64,000 bases of DNA from Octopus sinensis (taxonomy: Eukaryota), in assembly GCF_006345805.1 (NCBI RefSeq), contig NC_043012.1, forward strand, positions 14,012,001 to 14,076,000, read 5' to 3'. Below the pieces are notes generated by a model. It saw only the letters and a list, made by a program, of their open reading frames with translations, was not told the origin of the DNA and searched no databases. Position 1 is the first letter of the stretch. The number at the start of each line of letters is the position of its first letter. Below are positions 41,375-53,740 of the stretch, piece by piece. The position numbers were made by a program, and so were the translations under genes.

Positions 41375-42858
41375 TTAATAGAGGTTTTCCATTAATACAT
41401 AATTTTCATATCAATTGATAACATTATAGAGAAGGTAGATATATAGACAAAGATGTCGATTTAAATTTTAAGAACATTAAGGTAGTAGAGTTTATCAACT
41501 GACTGAAGAGTATTCAGAATATTCAGTTGTTTTGAAGTGCTAGACGGTTTGGGAAGAATGATCAATTGAAAGGACACAAGAAAGATTTTCTATTTATAGA
41601 AATAGGGGTGAAATAGATGTAAAAGTTCTATATAAAAGAAATTAAGGTAGAGAGAGGGTTGTAATGCTACAGAGGCTGTTTACTACTATTAGGCAAACAG
41701 ATTTTGTATTAGGAAAACTAGATCAATGTCAAATGGTCACAGTGACCACTCATAGAGAATGGAGAGTTTCTTTTATACTTATATACATCAACTTTATACT
41801 TAGCTGGTAGATTTTGAATATTTTGATACGTTGGTTTAAAGGAGAAATTATAGATCTAATATTTATTCATTTTGGAGAAAAATCTATCACTTATTATGAG
41901 TAGGCATAACTGAGGACAAAAGTCTTATTAATCAAGTGAATATATTAGGGGTCAAATATATATAATAGGAAAACTGGAAGAGGAGTAATCAAGAAGAAAG
42001 GTTTTCATAGGTTTAGTAAAAGGTGATTTATTTTTATGAAGAGAAGTAATTACATCTCTTCATAAAAATATAAATATATATATAACTTGAATGTTCTTTG
42101 ATGTATGTGTATGTGTGCGTATGTGTGTCTGTTTTATGTCTGTTTATGAGGAATGATTTAGCTGCCTCTAAACTTACAACATAAAAAGGGTAGAAATTGT
42201 TTTATTCTATCTTTTCCAGTTATATAGGTTTGTGTCTGTAAATGGATATATATATATACATATATATAAGCGCCTGTGTGTGTGTGTGTAGCTGGTACCA
42301 ATAAAATAATAAAAAACGCACACACGCACTCAGGCACGCATACGTACACTCACACACACACACATCTACACACGCATTTAATAAATATATAGGTTGGGGC
42401 AAAATTAGGTATTCATTTATGTAAAAGGAAACTACGCACCATACTTATTTATTTTTACCAGAAATATTAAAGGTTACGATAAACGTTTTATCATAGTTAT
42501 GATAAATGTAATATTATGATTAATGGGACTGAAAATATCAAAAATGAGGCTAACTAATTACATGTTCTACTAATTTTAATAAATTAATTATTATAACATT
42601 CATGCGATATTTACTGTATACCTACACTTCCACCCACATGTGTATATAAATATATATATATATTTATAGAGTTTTGTAGTGGTGGGGAGGAATATAAGAC
42701 AGTACAAGAGGATGATGGATGAGGAGAAAGTGAGAGAGAGGACATGTGTGTATGTGCGTGTGTGTGTGTGTGTGTTTTTGTATCTGGGATGAGTGCTAAA
42801 GAGAAAGAGGGGAAGGGGGAGGGAAGAAGAAAAGAATTTTCTTTATATATATATATAT

Positions 42859-42952
<94 letters not shown>

Positions 42953-43672
42953 AATGGCGGTGCCCCAGCATGGCCACTGCTAGTGAGCTGAAACTAGATG
43001 AAAATGATGAAAATATATATATATATATATCATGCATAATCGGGCATTATGTTTCGTAGACAAAATTATGCTAAAATCTTTATTGTCAGAATACAATAAA
43101 AGGCAAATTAAGTAGGTTTCTGTGTCTCTTAGATGTTCTAATGTCAACATTGTGAATTACTTTTTACTACATTGCATCTTTAGGAAATTTAAAACTCAGC
43201 GCATTAAAGAAATATATCTAGATTTATGACAGCAATTTTCCGCTTATTCCTACTAAATTCTAGGCTACAGATGTTTCTCATATAACCATTCATCATAAAC
43301 CGACGTTTTATTGTTCTTTAACTTAACTGACGCTTTTCAAAATACTTATCTCCCTAAGGCACAACTGATTTTAATGTCTTTGAAGCAAAGAACCAGAAAC
43401 TTGTGTTAATTTATATACTGAGAAACTAGTCCGTGGATGTTGAACCAGTAAGGGGAAGCTGCTGACATCCCCTGTTCGAAGGTTGTAATCTACACAGGTT
43501 TGTGTGTCACATAGCTACCTAGAGGCGATGGCCTCTTGGAGCTAATCAACGGCAGCATTCGTCCTATTTTCCTGGACTGTCTTGATAGCTTGGCGATAAC
43601 TATTAATATCAGGTACTGCTGTCGTAGTATATATAAATGAAGTTAAACGCAGGTGTTATTCAAATTCTTTTA

Positions 43673-43760
43673 CTTCCGACATATGTTTCGAAGACAACAT
43701 TGGTATTATTCCTAAGGAATAAAATAGTGTAAAACAATGTAATCTTCTCATCAGGGAAAG
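43673..43760 (-). ncRNA. Type I hammerhead ribozyme, canonical core
   Basis: tttcc-CTGATGA-gaaga(extended)tcttc-GAAA-C-atat-G-TC-ggaag. Helix II 5 bp plus acattg/caatgt plus tattcc/ggaata; palindromic helix III ACATATGT. Confidence 0.88.
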
Positions 43761-44329
43761 AAAGAAAGAAACCAAACACATCAATAAGACATTTTAACAG
43801 AATCTGATGGATGTGTATAATGGTGAACGGAACGCTATTAAGATTTTTTAAAAACCGTTAGAAGATATAACGTCAAAAATAGCCTATAGAAAGATATATC
43901 AAGTGGAAGTGAAATGTAATGTAAGAAGAAAATCAATGTTCAAATTATATATAATGGTAGATATCACTTATGTGAACTAAAGGTATGTTTCTGCCAATGT
44001 TTTAACCATCCATAAGTTTAAAACCACAAAAACCTCTGTCCGGAGATAAATCTATCAAGAAAAATATACAGACGAGTACAGATCTGTTAGCCTCAAGAAG
44101 CTATGTTACGAGCAATGTTTTCATGCAGAGACGTCGGAGGTGGTATTGTCTCAAAACATTAACCCTACAGAGACAGATCCGTCCCCAAATGGCAACGTCC
44201 TAGCTCGTCATGTCTCAATGATAAGGCAAAATATAAACTGGTTCATCCTTCACCCAAACACCAAGGACCGCGTACTCGAATGACGAACCAAATTCGATTC
44301 AAAAAGTCAGCTAATGTTCAGATCTCCTC

Positions 44330-45144
44330 GTCAATTTCATAGGGATTTTGAAGATAAGACAGAGAAAAAAGATGGCTATGGATGTCTAAAAGTGATTTAA
44401 AACCGGAAACGGAGACTCTAATCTGTGCTGCCACAGAGCAAGCACTAAAAACGAATTACATCAAAAACAGAATAGACAACATATTAGAAAGTGATAAGTG
44501 CAATATTTGTGTACAAAATGGTGAAACCGTATGGCATATTACCAGTCAATATACGCCACTAGCCCAGAAAGAAAATAAGAGACGTCATGACAATATAGCA
44601 TGGATTGTCAATTGGACACTTTGCAATAAGTATGGACTTGACAGAGCAAAACACTGGCACGAACATAAACCCGAGTGCATCGTCGAAAATTATAATGCAA
44701 ATATCCTATGGGAGTTTATGATTCAATGCGACCACGAGATAGAGAATCGGAAACCAGACATAGTGTTAATTGAAAAAGAAAGCAAACGATGCTGGATCAT
44801 AGATATAGCATGGCCAGCTGACAACAAAGTATGCGATAAGGAAGAAAGAAAAGTCTATAGATATGACAGGTTAGCTTGATAGGTTAACCAGTTGTGGTCG
44901 ATGAAAAAGGTGGTAGTAGTGCCAATAATTGTCGGAGCCCTGGAAACAGCGAGTAAAAATTTTGAGAAGTACATGGAACAAATAGGGGCTGCAATAAGGG
45001 TGAAGCACTTGCGAAAAACAGCACTACTTGGAACCTTGAATACTGCAGATGGTGCTCGAAAAATAAGAGGTGTTACCTTAGTTCACTGGTATTGAACAGC
45101 TGACACCGTGGTATATCTGCTCTAGAAGCTGTGCAAAGACAACA
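44330..45144 (+). mobile_element. 5'-truncated R4/Dong-like LINE 3' end, followed by (AAT)n at 45145-45260
   Basis: ORF 44382-44879: LKPETE, degenerate knuckle CNIC..GET..H, RHDN, RKPDIVLI, IIDIA. Confidence 0.9.
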
Positions 45145-45154
45145 AATAATAATG

Positions 45155-45239
<85 letters not shown>

Positions 45240-46155
45240 TAATAATAACAATAATAATAAGTGATTGTGGAATTTATAAGCTACGCGCTGTTCCACACGT
45301 TATATGTTTCTTAATATCATAGTCCGTATTTCTGGGATGACTACTGCACTCTTCCTAGTATCCATGGGTATTGGGTGGATCATATTTATGTGTTCATTTG
45401 TTCGGGCGATACGGCACTTTATGGACGTATAATTGTGGGTTATTTATCTCAATTTTGACCAAGGGAAAGGAGTTCTTTGTGTATTTGGTGGGGAGAAGGA
45501 AAAGGCGATGGAAAGAGAGAATGGAATGGTAGTTATAAACAAGATGGAGATGTGTGTGTAATATACAAAGCCAAAGACGATCGGGTTGATAAGTATATTT
45601 TGATAGATTTATATACAGTGTAATGTTCATACGCACAGACACGCCTTTACAGTTTTATTAAGCCCAACAAGTAAAACACAATACCCTCTAGATATTTGTA
45701 AATATGTACACGTGTTTGGCAGATATTCAAATAGGAAGCTTTCACGAAGAAAGCAAAAGAATTAACACGCCGAAAAGTAACATTTAGAAATCAAGTTATC
45801 AAGTACATGGGAAATAACAGAATCTATTCTTTGAAATTTAGATCAAAAGTTAACATATAAAGAAAACAAACAGTTCAGTTCAGTATATACGGAGGTGCTT
45901 AAGTACATAAGCGAACTTGTGTAAGACATACTAATTAAAGGTCAAATAATTAAAAATAAAAGTCCAGAAATAAATTTGTAACCACTAATAAAAGACAATG
46001 TTATATATAGACCCAAAACAATACACAGTATACAGACACACATGTAAAAACACGTAGCTCTTTTTCTCTATATCTCTATCTCTTTCTCTTTATATATATG
46101 TGTGTGTGTGTGTGTGTGTCTACATACATATACATACATATATATATTTACAAAT

Positions 46156-46191
46156 ATATACACGCATATATATATAAATAATAATAATAAC

Positions 46192-46264
<73 letters not shown>

Positions 46265-46296
46265 GCAATTATAATATTAATAATAATAATAATAAT
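46156..46296. repeat. (AAT)n microsatellite
   Basis: Direct. Confidence 0.95.
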
Positions 46297-46413
46297 CCAT
46301 CTTATTTCAATCTAATGGGAGAGATACTAAACATAAAATGTTATAGGGTGGGGTTAATGGTATGATCCATTTAACAGGGTCATTTTCTTCTTTACCTCAT
46401 ATATATATATATT

Positions 46414-46507
<94 letters not shown>

Positions 46508-46513
46508 TTATAT

Positions 46514-46605
<92 letters not shown>

Positions 46606-46877
46606 ATATATATATATATGTTTGTGTGTGGATATCTGTGTAAACCCACAACATCGCTTGATAACCGGGGTTAGTATGATTACGTCAACGTAATCAGAGT
46701 AACGCTTGGTAAAATACTCGATAGAAAAAGTACTACTCTTACAAAGAGTAAATCCTGTGATCGTTTTCTTCGACTAAAGACAGTGGTCAACCATGTCCGC
46801 AGTCACAAACCCGAAACAAGTAAAGCAATAAAAGCTATGTCATTTTATCCCTAGCAACGCGGGTATCTCTGTTAATA

Positions 46878-46911
<34 letters not shown>

Positions 46912-47600
46912 CTAGCTTAAGGTGACCCGCTCTACGCGCGGGTAAGAGTGTGGTTGTTGCTTTCTGTTGCTTCCTTTCTGTTTTTTATCACCACATTCTC
47001 CTTTTTTGTTTCTCTCTCCTTTCTCTCTCTCACTTTCCCACTCTCTTACTCTTCCTTTCTCTCGGACTCTCCATCGCTTTCTCTTACTTTCTATCTTTCT
47101 CTATCTATCTCTCTCCCATTTATAAACAACAAAAGATCTTGAGTAAGTTGAGAAAGGAAATATTTTGAAAGGTCAATAATAAATATCAGGCAGTGACAAC
47201 GGAAAGGTCTGATTCAAGGCAGACTGCAAAACAATAACATTTAAAAGGGACTGACGAACTTGCGAGATGAATAAAAATAAAAAATATTGGAAACCAAAGT
47301 TTGAAGGGATAGTATCTGAGGATAATAGATTCACCATGGCTGGCATTTCTTAACGACGAACAGCAAGGTAGTGGCAGTTTAACGGCAGGCGTAAAATTTT
47401 GAACTTGATGTAAAAGAAAATGCCTAAACACCCGCTCCTGTAAATTTTAATCCCCTCCCAGGCCCATTTACACCCCTTTTCACATTTTGGTTAATATAAC
47501 CCAATTTCATTCGGGTCTAAACGGGCCACATTTTACAAGATGAGGAATTTTGTCCTAGAGGTCAAACTTTCCATTTGAGGGAAAAACTAGTTGCCATGCA
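46912..47600 (-). mobile_element. Probable non-autonomous Helitron (3' end firm, extent uncertain)
   Basis: CTAG at 46912-46915, followed by T on the minus strand, with the subterminal hairpin ACCCGC/GCGGGT at 46925-46943. Confidence 0.45.
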
Positions 47601-47758
47601 AACTCGCCAGCACTTTTAACATAGGTGTGCATATTTTCAGCTCAACCGACCACATAATGCACACATTATATATATATATACGCATTAAATATATATATGT
47701 GCATATATACGCATTATATATATATGTGTGTGTACTCATTATATATACAAATGTATGC

Positions 47759-47798
<40 letters not shown>

Positions 47799-48111
47799 TA
47801 TATACACTTTGTATCTATACATTATATATACATATAGAACACACACACACACATATAAATTAACCCATTAAATATCTGATTCATAATAATTGTTCTCATG
47901 ATTGTGTGGTGGCGATGATAATTCTCTCTATGAATGCAGACAGACGTAGAGAGAGAGAGAGCGCTGGCGAACGCGGTGGGGGAAAGATAGTAGACGCTGT
48001 CAAGCGACGTTATAGAGAGAATGTGATGGGAAGGGAGGAAAGAGAGAGAGATGGAGGAAGACAGGCAGATAAGAGAATGGGAGTAGACTTGTCCAAGTGT
48101 GCGTTTTCTCC

Positions 48112-48285
48112 CTAGTAACCGCACCTTTTAAGATAGGGATATCTAACCTAGCTCACATCCTCACCTCATTTTACATGTCCCTGTAAATTTTGGAGTCAAT
48201 CCGACGGAATCTAGTGCCCTTTAACACGTTCCAATGCCAAAACCAGACAAACAACCCTTTCGCATTTCAGATTTATAGATATTGA
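48112..48285 (-). mobile_element. Lep1-like Helitron relic
   Basis: CTAG end; AAATTTTGGAGTCAATCCGAC block shared with 63970-63990; ACCAGACAAAC..TTTATAGATATTGAT end. Confidence 0.5.
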
Positions 48286-48616
48286 TATATATATATATTG
48301 ATTGATTGATTCTAGTTTCAGCTCATGAGCTGTGGCCATGCTGGGGCACCGATATATATATATATATATATTTCAGTAAAAACAATTAAGATTCAAGTGA
48401 GTTCCAATGAATTCACATGAATATGGTACTTAACTTAGACGCACCAGAAATCTATATGGTATAAACCTTAAAATAATGTGGGGTGATTGTAAACAAGAAA
48501 AAAGCAACAAGAATGGATTAGTTGTTCGGTACAATTTCGTATGAAACAATTGTACTGAACAATTAATCCATTCTTGTTGCTTTTTTCTTGTATATATATA
48601 TATATATATATATATA

Positions 48617-49479
48617 GGTAAACAGTAAAAATAATTACAGACATGGACAAGAACATGAAACACCACAGAGACGACACAAGAACCACAGGACGGGACATTC
48701 GAAGCCCTCAGTCATCAGTCAAGAACCAGATCATCTTAGCAATTTCGGCTGATTAATCTTGAGATTGCTCCGATATGGCCAGCCCGCCAAGGGAAATCTA
48801 AGCCAAGCGCATTAGATCCCCTGGAAGAAAGCTTCGAATGTATACAACACGAGGACGGAAAACGAACGAAGTACACTAACAAAAATACAGAATACGTGAC
48901 ACCAATAAGAATACAAAAACGTAAAAACAATAACGGTAAAAATAAAAAATAAACAACAAAACAAAACCAGGACGTAGGACAAGGGTCTTTCGACGGGACG
49001 AGTTGAGTATGGGGCTGGCTTGTGAAGTTGTGCCTAATGGCCGCAGGGAGACGAACAAATACGTTATGCTTCTGCGACTGCTGAAACGAAAAGAGCGCTC
49101 AACAGCGGCTAGCGGTCACGTGAGAACAAAAGACAAGAGAAAGGGACAGATGAAAAGAGAGAGAAGGTGGACGAGGGAGGAGAAGAAAGAGACAGATCGA
49201 GGGGGCTGGAGGTGAGAGAGATAGAGAAACGTAGAAGGGGGGGGGGGAAGACGGATGGAGAGGGAAAGAAAGGAAGGGGAATAAGGGAGGAGAGAGAGAG
49301 AGAGAAAGAGACAGATTAAGAGTCGTATCAATGCTAGAGAAAAAAAATATACTAATCGTATAAGGACAATTGTGGATACGTAGCCGCCGATTATATAGGT
49401 AAACAGTAAAAATAATTACAGACATGGACAAGAACATGAAACACCACAGAGACGACACAAGAACCACAGGACGGGACAT
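48617..49479 (-). mobile_element. 863-bp non-coding element with identical 82-bp terminal direct repeats, inside (TA)n
   Basis: 48617-48698 is identical to 49398-49479. No credible ORF. The repeat resembles the tail at 50617-50668. Confidence 0.8.
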
Positions 49480-50529
49480 ATATATATATATATTTGCATA
49501 AAGACATCAATATAAACATAATAACATCTACATATAGGCACCATATATTGCAATATACATAGATTCTTGCAAGAGTACATAAGACGAAAGAATACTAAAC
49601 GTAAAACCAGTGATGTACGTGTGTTAAAGACGCACCTCATAATCTATATGTGCCTGTGAGTGAGCGTTTATGCGAGAAAGAGAGAGGGGGAATGAGAGCG
49701 CGTATAAACGTATATTTATATATACAGAAATATATTATACATATATATATATATATATTTATATATGTGTGTGTGTGGGAACATGTGTATAGACATATGT
49801 ATGTATATATATATATATTGGTAATTCATATATATACATATGTGTATGTATATATGCATGTACGCCTGTATATCTGAATACATGTATGAGTATGTACATG
49901 TATATATATACCCATGAATATCTCTATATGTATACACACATGTATATATAGTCATAAATATACTCAAAATCCCAAATCTCAGATTAAAGTTAAGACATCT
50001 ATTCATGTACAAAGAAAATAGGCGACAAACAACAGACATTGTCCTTATTGAACTGAAGCGGACAAACAGTATTTGAAATAATTCTATTAAGGAATGCTTC
50101 ATTGTTTTACATTCAAATAACTTTTGGGGCTTGAACCTATTGTTCTCCATTGGAAGGATAAAGTTTTTAAAAATAGTATTTTTGTTATTATTTTAATCCT
50201 TCCTACATTTGTTCTGAAGGGAATACAATAAGAAATAACTGTTTCTTCAGTTCTTTTAAAATACTTTCTCTTACTTCAAGTATTTGATTTCAGTTCGAAC
50301 TACATTTAAGGCCCAGTAAATATCTGCCTATCGACAACAGCGATATGTTTCCGGATCTTTTTAAGTTTTACTGGTTGCTGCCTGTAAACAAGAGTATACA
50401 ACTGGATTAGAACATACATACATGTTTCCACTCGCATATGCATACGCCCTCAGAAACAGATGACCGCCTGTGTACCGTTGGCGATTTTTTTCCTCCATCT
50501 TCCCTTCCTTGGATCTTTCCTTTTCCTAT

Positions 50530-50564
50530 GCTTCTGACGAAGAGCCCCGCTCGAAACGTTAAAT
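50530..50564 (+). ncRNA. Minimal type I hammerhead motif
   Basis: gctt-CTGACGA-a-gagc(ccc)gctc-GAAAC-GTT-aaat. Helix I is weak; a ~105-nt tail runs to (TA)n. Confidence 0.55.
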
Positions 50565-50665
50565 TCTCCTTCTATCCTTCCTTTCCTGAGCGTCCAATAA
50601 CACTATACTTGTTCCACGTCCTCGCGTTGTTGTGTTTTCTCTTTGTGTTTTCATGCTTCGATTAA

Positions 50666-50706
<41 letters not shown>

Positions 50707-51573
50707 TATATATATATATATATATATATAACAAATAAGTAACAAGGATGCCCAGGCATCAGTGGATTGCGGCCGTTTCAAGCGGCTACAGTTAATCGTT
50801 CAATGCAAACATTACATCAATTTGAAATAAACTGCTCTCCTCGGAAGCATTCCGCTATTCTAGTAGCAAAAAGGAGCAATATAATTACTCTAATCTCTAG
50901 TACTGATGAAAATTTTTCTAAAAAATAATATAGAGTATGCTGTACGCTGGAAATCTGTATGGTCGTATGCTTGCGATGAGAGCGGTTTATTTCAAAATTA
51001 TGTAACGTTTGCATTGATCGATTAAATACAGCCCTTGAAACGTAATACACGTAAAAAATGTACACTGGATTTTATGAGTAATACATAATCTTTAGACTAA
51101 ATTTCTACACTCTAGGCCACTGGAAAGGAAAATTTCAATTAATTTCCATTTCCCTTCGATATGATTTAAGTATCGTAAGTTTTTGGATAATTTTCGGATT
51201 TTAAAAGTTGGTATTTTTTTTTATTGTCGATGAGGGGCTGCGTCTGCGCAGTATATCTTGAAAAATTAGGATGTATAAACAAGAGGCACATAGTTGATTG
51301 CCTCGTGTTTTATATATTTAATCTAAGGTGTACCTGTTGACGAAGATTTCACCTAGTGAATATTATTTATTTGCTAAACTAAAATCAGAAACCAATTGGT
51401 CCAGGAAACTACATGGTAAAAGATTTTATTTTTTCATTTCGTTCCTGTCAGGATTTTATCCCTAATTTTGTGGTTAAAGAACCTAGCTGTTCTTTCTAGT
51501 GTTTTGAATCCCACAAGTGGATTCCTGATGTGTTTAGATGTACACTGTATTTTATGATATATATATATATATA

Positions 51574-51957
51574 CTAGCAGTATCGCCCGGCGTTGCTCAG
51601 GTTTGTAAGGGAAATAACTATAAAGCATTTTTAGAGAGTTATAGCCAAAAAATAGCAAAAAAATGGAAAAAAATGATGGTAAATTTTTTTGAGAGTTAAA
51701 AAAGGATGGAGTTGCGTCCCCTAGACAGTTTGTGGTTCGTGTTTCTGATTCTCGACCCCATGTCGAATTTATCGATTTTTTTCAGAACTGGGGAAACTTT
51801 TCAAAATTTTGGCTGCGTTAGTTTTGAATTATGACATTGGGCTATGTGTGTGTCAAGTTTCATCAGAATCGGTTGAAAGCCGTGGTCAGGGTGAGGGTAC
51901 AAGCAAACAGACACACAGAAACACGCACAGACAAACTGCCGTTTATATATAGAGAGA
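51574..51957 (-). mobile_element. Non-autonomous Lep1-like Helitron
   Basis: Minus-strand 5' TC and 3' CTAG inserted between A and T, a subterminal GC hairpin, and AAGTTTCATCAGAATCGGTT and ACAGAC-type blocks. Confidence 0.75.
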
Positions 51958-52079
51958 TATATATCTTTTAAATCTGTTTATAGTAACGTTCGTTTTGAAT
52001 ATGCAAATAAAGCTTATATTCCATTAAACCTGCCACTGTGTAATGATACTGACTAGTAACCCAGTTTTCGGGGTTGCAT

Positions 52080-52268
52080 CATAACTTTTAAGCTGACAGC
52101 CTTTATTCTTCGGATGGCATCCGGTTGATCTTCATCATTGATTCATTTCTTCGGGCAAAGAAACGAATCATGAAATGAATCAATGGTAATGATCAACCAG
52201 ATGCCAAAAGATTGTACGTACTGCACTATAATCAACCCAGGAATAGCGGATGTCATCTTAAAAGTTAT
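52080..52268. other. ~190-nt fold-back with a 35-bp inner stem
   Basis: 52115-52149 pairs with 52172-52206 (3 mismatches, 1 GU). Outer IR 52080-52108 with 52240-52268. Confidence 0.8.
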
Positions 52269-52349
52269 GTGAATTGTGGAAACCTGCGCATCGATAACTT
52301 AAATGTTTATAACTTCCATCCTCAGATTATTGTTCTTCTTCTTATTATT

Positions 52350-52530
52350 ATTGGTGAACTGGCAAAATCGTTAGGGCGCTGGGCGAAATGCTTAACGATA
52401 CGTTCTGAGTTCGAATTCCGCAAATGCCTTTCATGCTTTAGGGGTCGATTAAATAAATACCGGTTACGCACAGGAGTCGATTTAATCAACTTAATCCTAT
52501 CATCCAAGCTGCCCTTGTAGCAAAAATTTT
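52350..52530 (+). mobile_element. tRNA-derived SINE (second family), degenerate
   Basis: GGCAAAATCGTTAG and GAGTTCGAATTCC boxes. Confidence 0.7.
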
Positions 52531-52638
52531 AAATTATTATTATTATTATTATTATTGTTGTTGTGGTGGTGGTGGTGGTTGTTGCTGTTATTATCATTAT
52601 ATACACACAGATATATATGTGTGTGTATGTATGTATAT

Positions 52639-52675
<37 letters not shown>

Positions 52676-52827
52676 TCATATATATATATGTGTGTGCGTG
52701 TGTGTGAGTGTGTGGTGTGTCTGTAAATACAGACACTTGTATACACACGTAATGGAAATAGTAGGGCAATGTAAATGTTGATATGAAATGCTTGACTACA
52801 ATACAATTTTTGAATGTGAAAATTCTA

Positions 52828-53740
52828 CAGTGGGACGTTTTTGAAAAATCCACAAAATCCTTAATTTTAGCTGTAAACAAATTTTATTGACATCAATGTG
52901 TTTGTATTAAATTAGCATGTGTTAAAATCAAGTGTGGAAAAGAACATCCATCATGAGGTGTTCGTTTTCACTGATGCATTTGTGAAGGCTTTCTTGGAAG
53001 TTGGCCTTTAGCATTGCTCTGTCGATTTGGGTGACTTCTACACGAATAGCTTCGTTCAGATCGTCCAATGTACAGGGTTTATGCGCATACACACGTGCCT
53101 TGAGGTTTCCCCACAACAAATGATCACACATGTATAAATCTGGGAATCGAGGAGGCCAAGGAATGTTAGCAAACCTGAAAATGAGGCGGTCACCGAAGAG
53201 CGGGCGAAGAATGTCCCTTGATGCTCTAGCTGTGTGAGCCTTAGCCCCATCCTACTGAAAGCACACGCGTCGAATAGACCTACTTTTTCGTCGTAAAGGA
53301 GGCAGAAAGAAGTTGTTTATCACCTAGAGGTAAAGCTAGGAGTTCAAAGTAACAGCATTTTCATTATTGTATTCATTTTCCGGGGTATGGACCGCTCGTG
53401 GCGACCCAACCGTTCTCCCAATCATTAGTGTACCTCGTGTACAAAGTGCATTCGCCCAACGTAAGATTGTCTTAGGGTTGCAAACAGCCTGATTTCGGTG
53501 AATGTTGAAGTGGTGCCAAAATTCACGCTGAAATACTGTGACAGACTCGATATTCTTCACGTAACTGTCGAGGCAAACATAGGATGCTGTGTCATCCACA
53601 GCACCATGCTTCACCTGAAAAAAAAAATGCTAAGACACAACGGAGCGAATGGTACCTGAGGGACATATATTCCTCCCAATGGGGCTAAGTAATAGTTATT
53701 TCAAAAACGTCTATCCTCTCTTTCCCGCTCTTTCCCGCTC
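52828..53740 (-). mobile_element. Internally deleted DD41D transposon, same family as 21886-23110
   Basis: Aligns to both ends of the 21.9-kb copy with the middle missing. GACGTTTTTGAAA is inverted at both termini. Confidence 0.85.
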
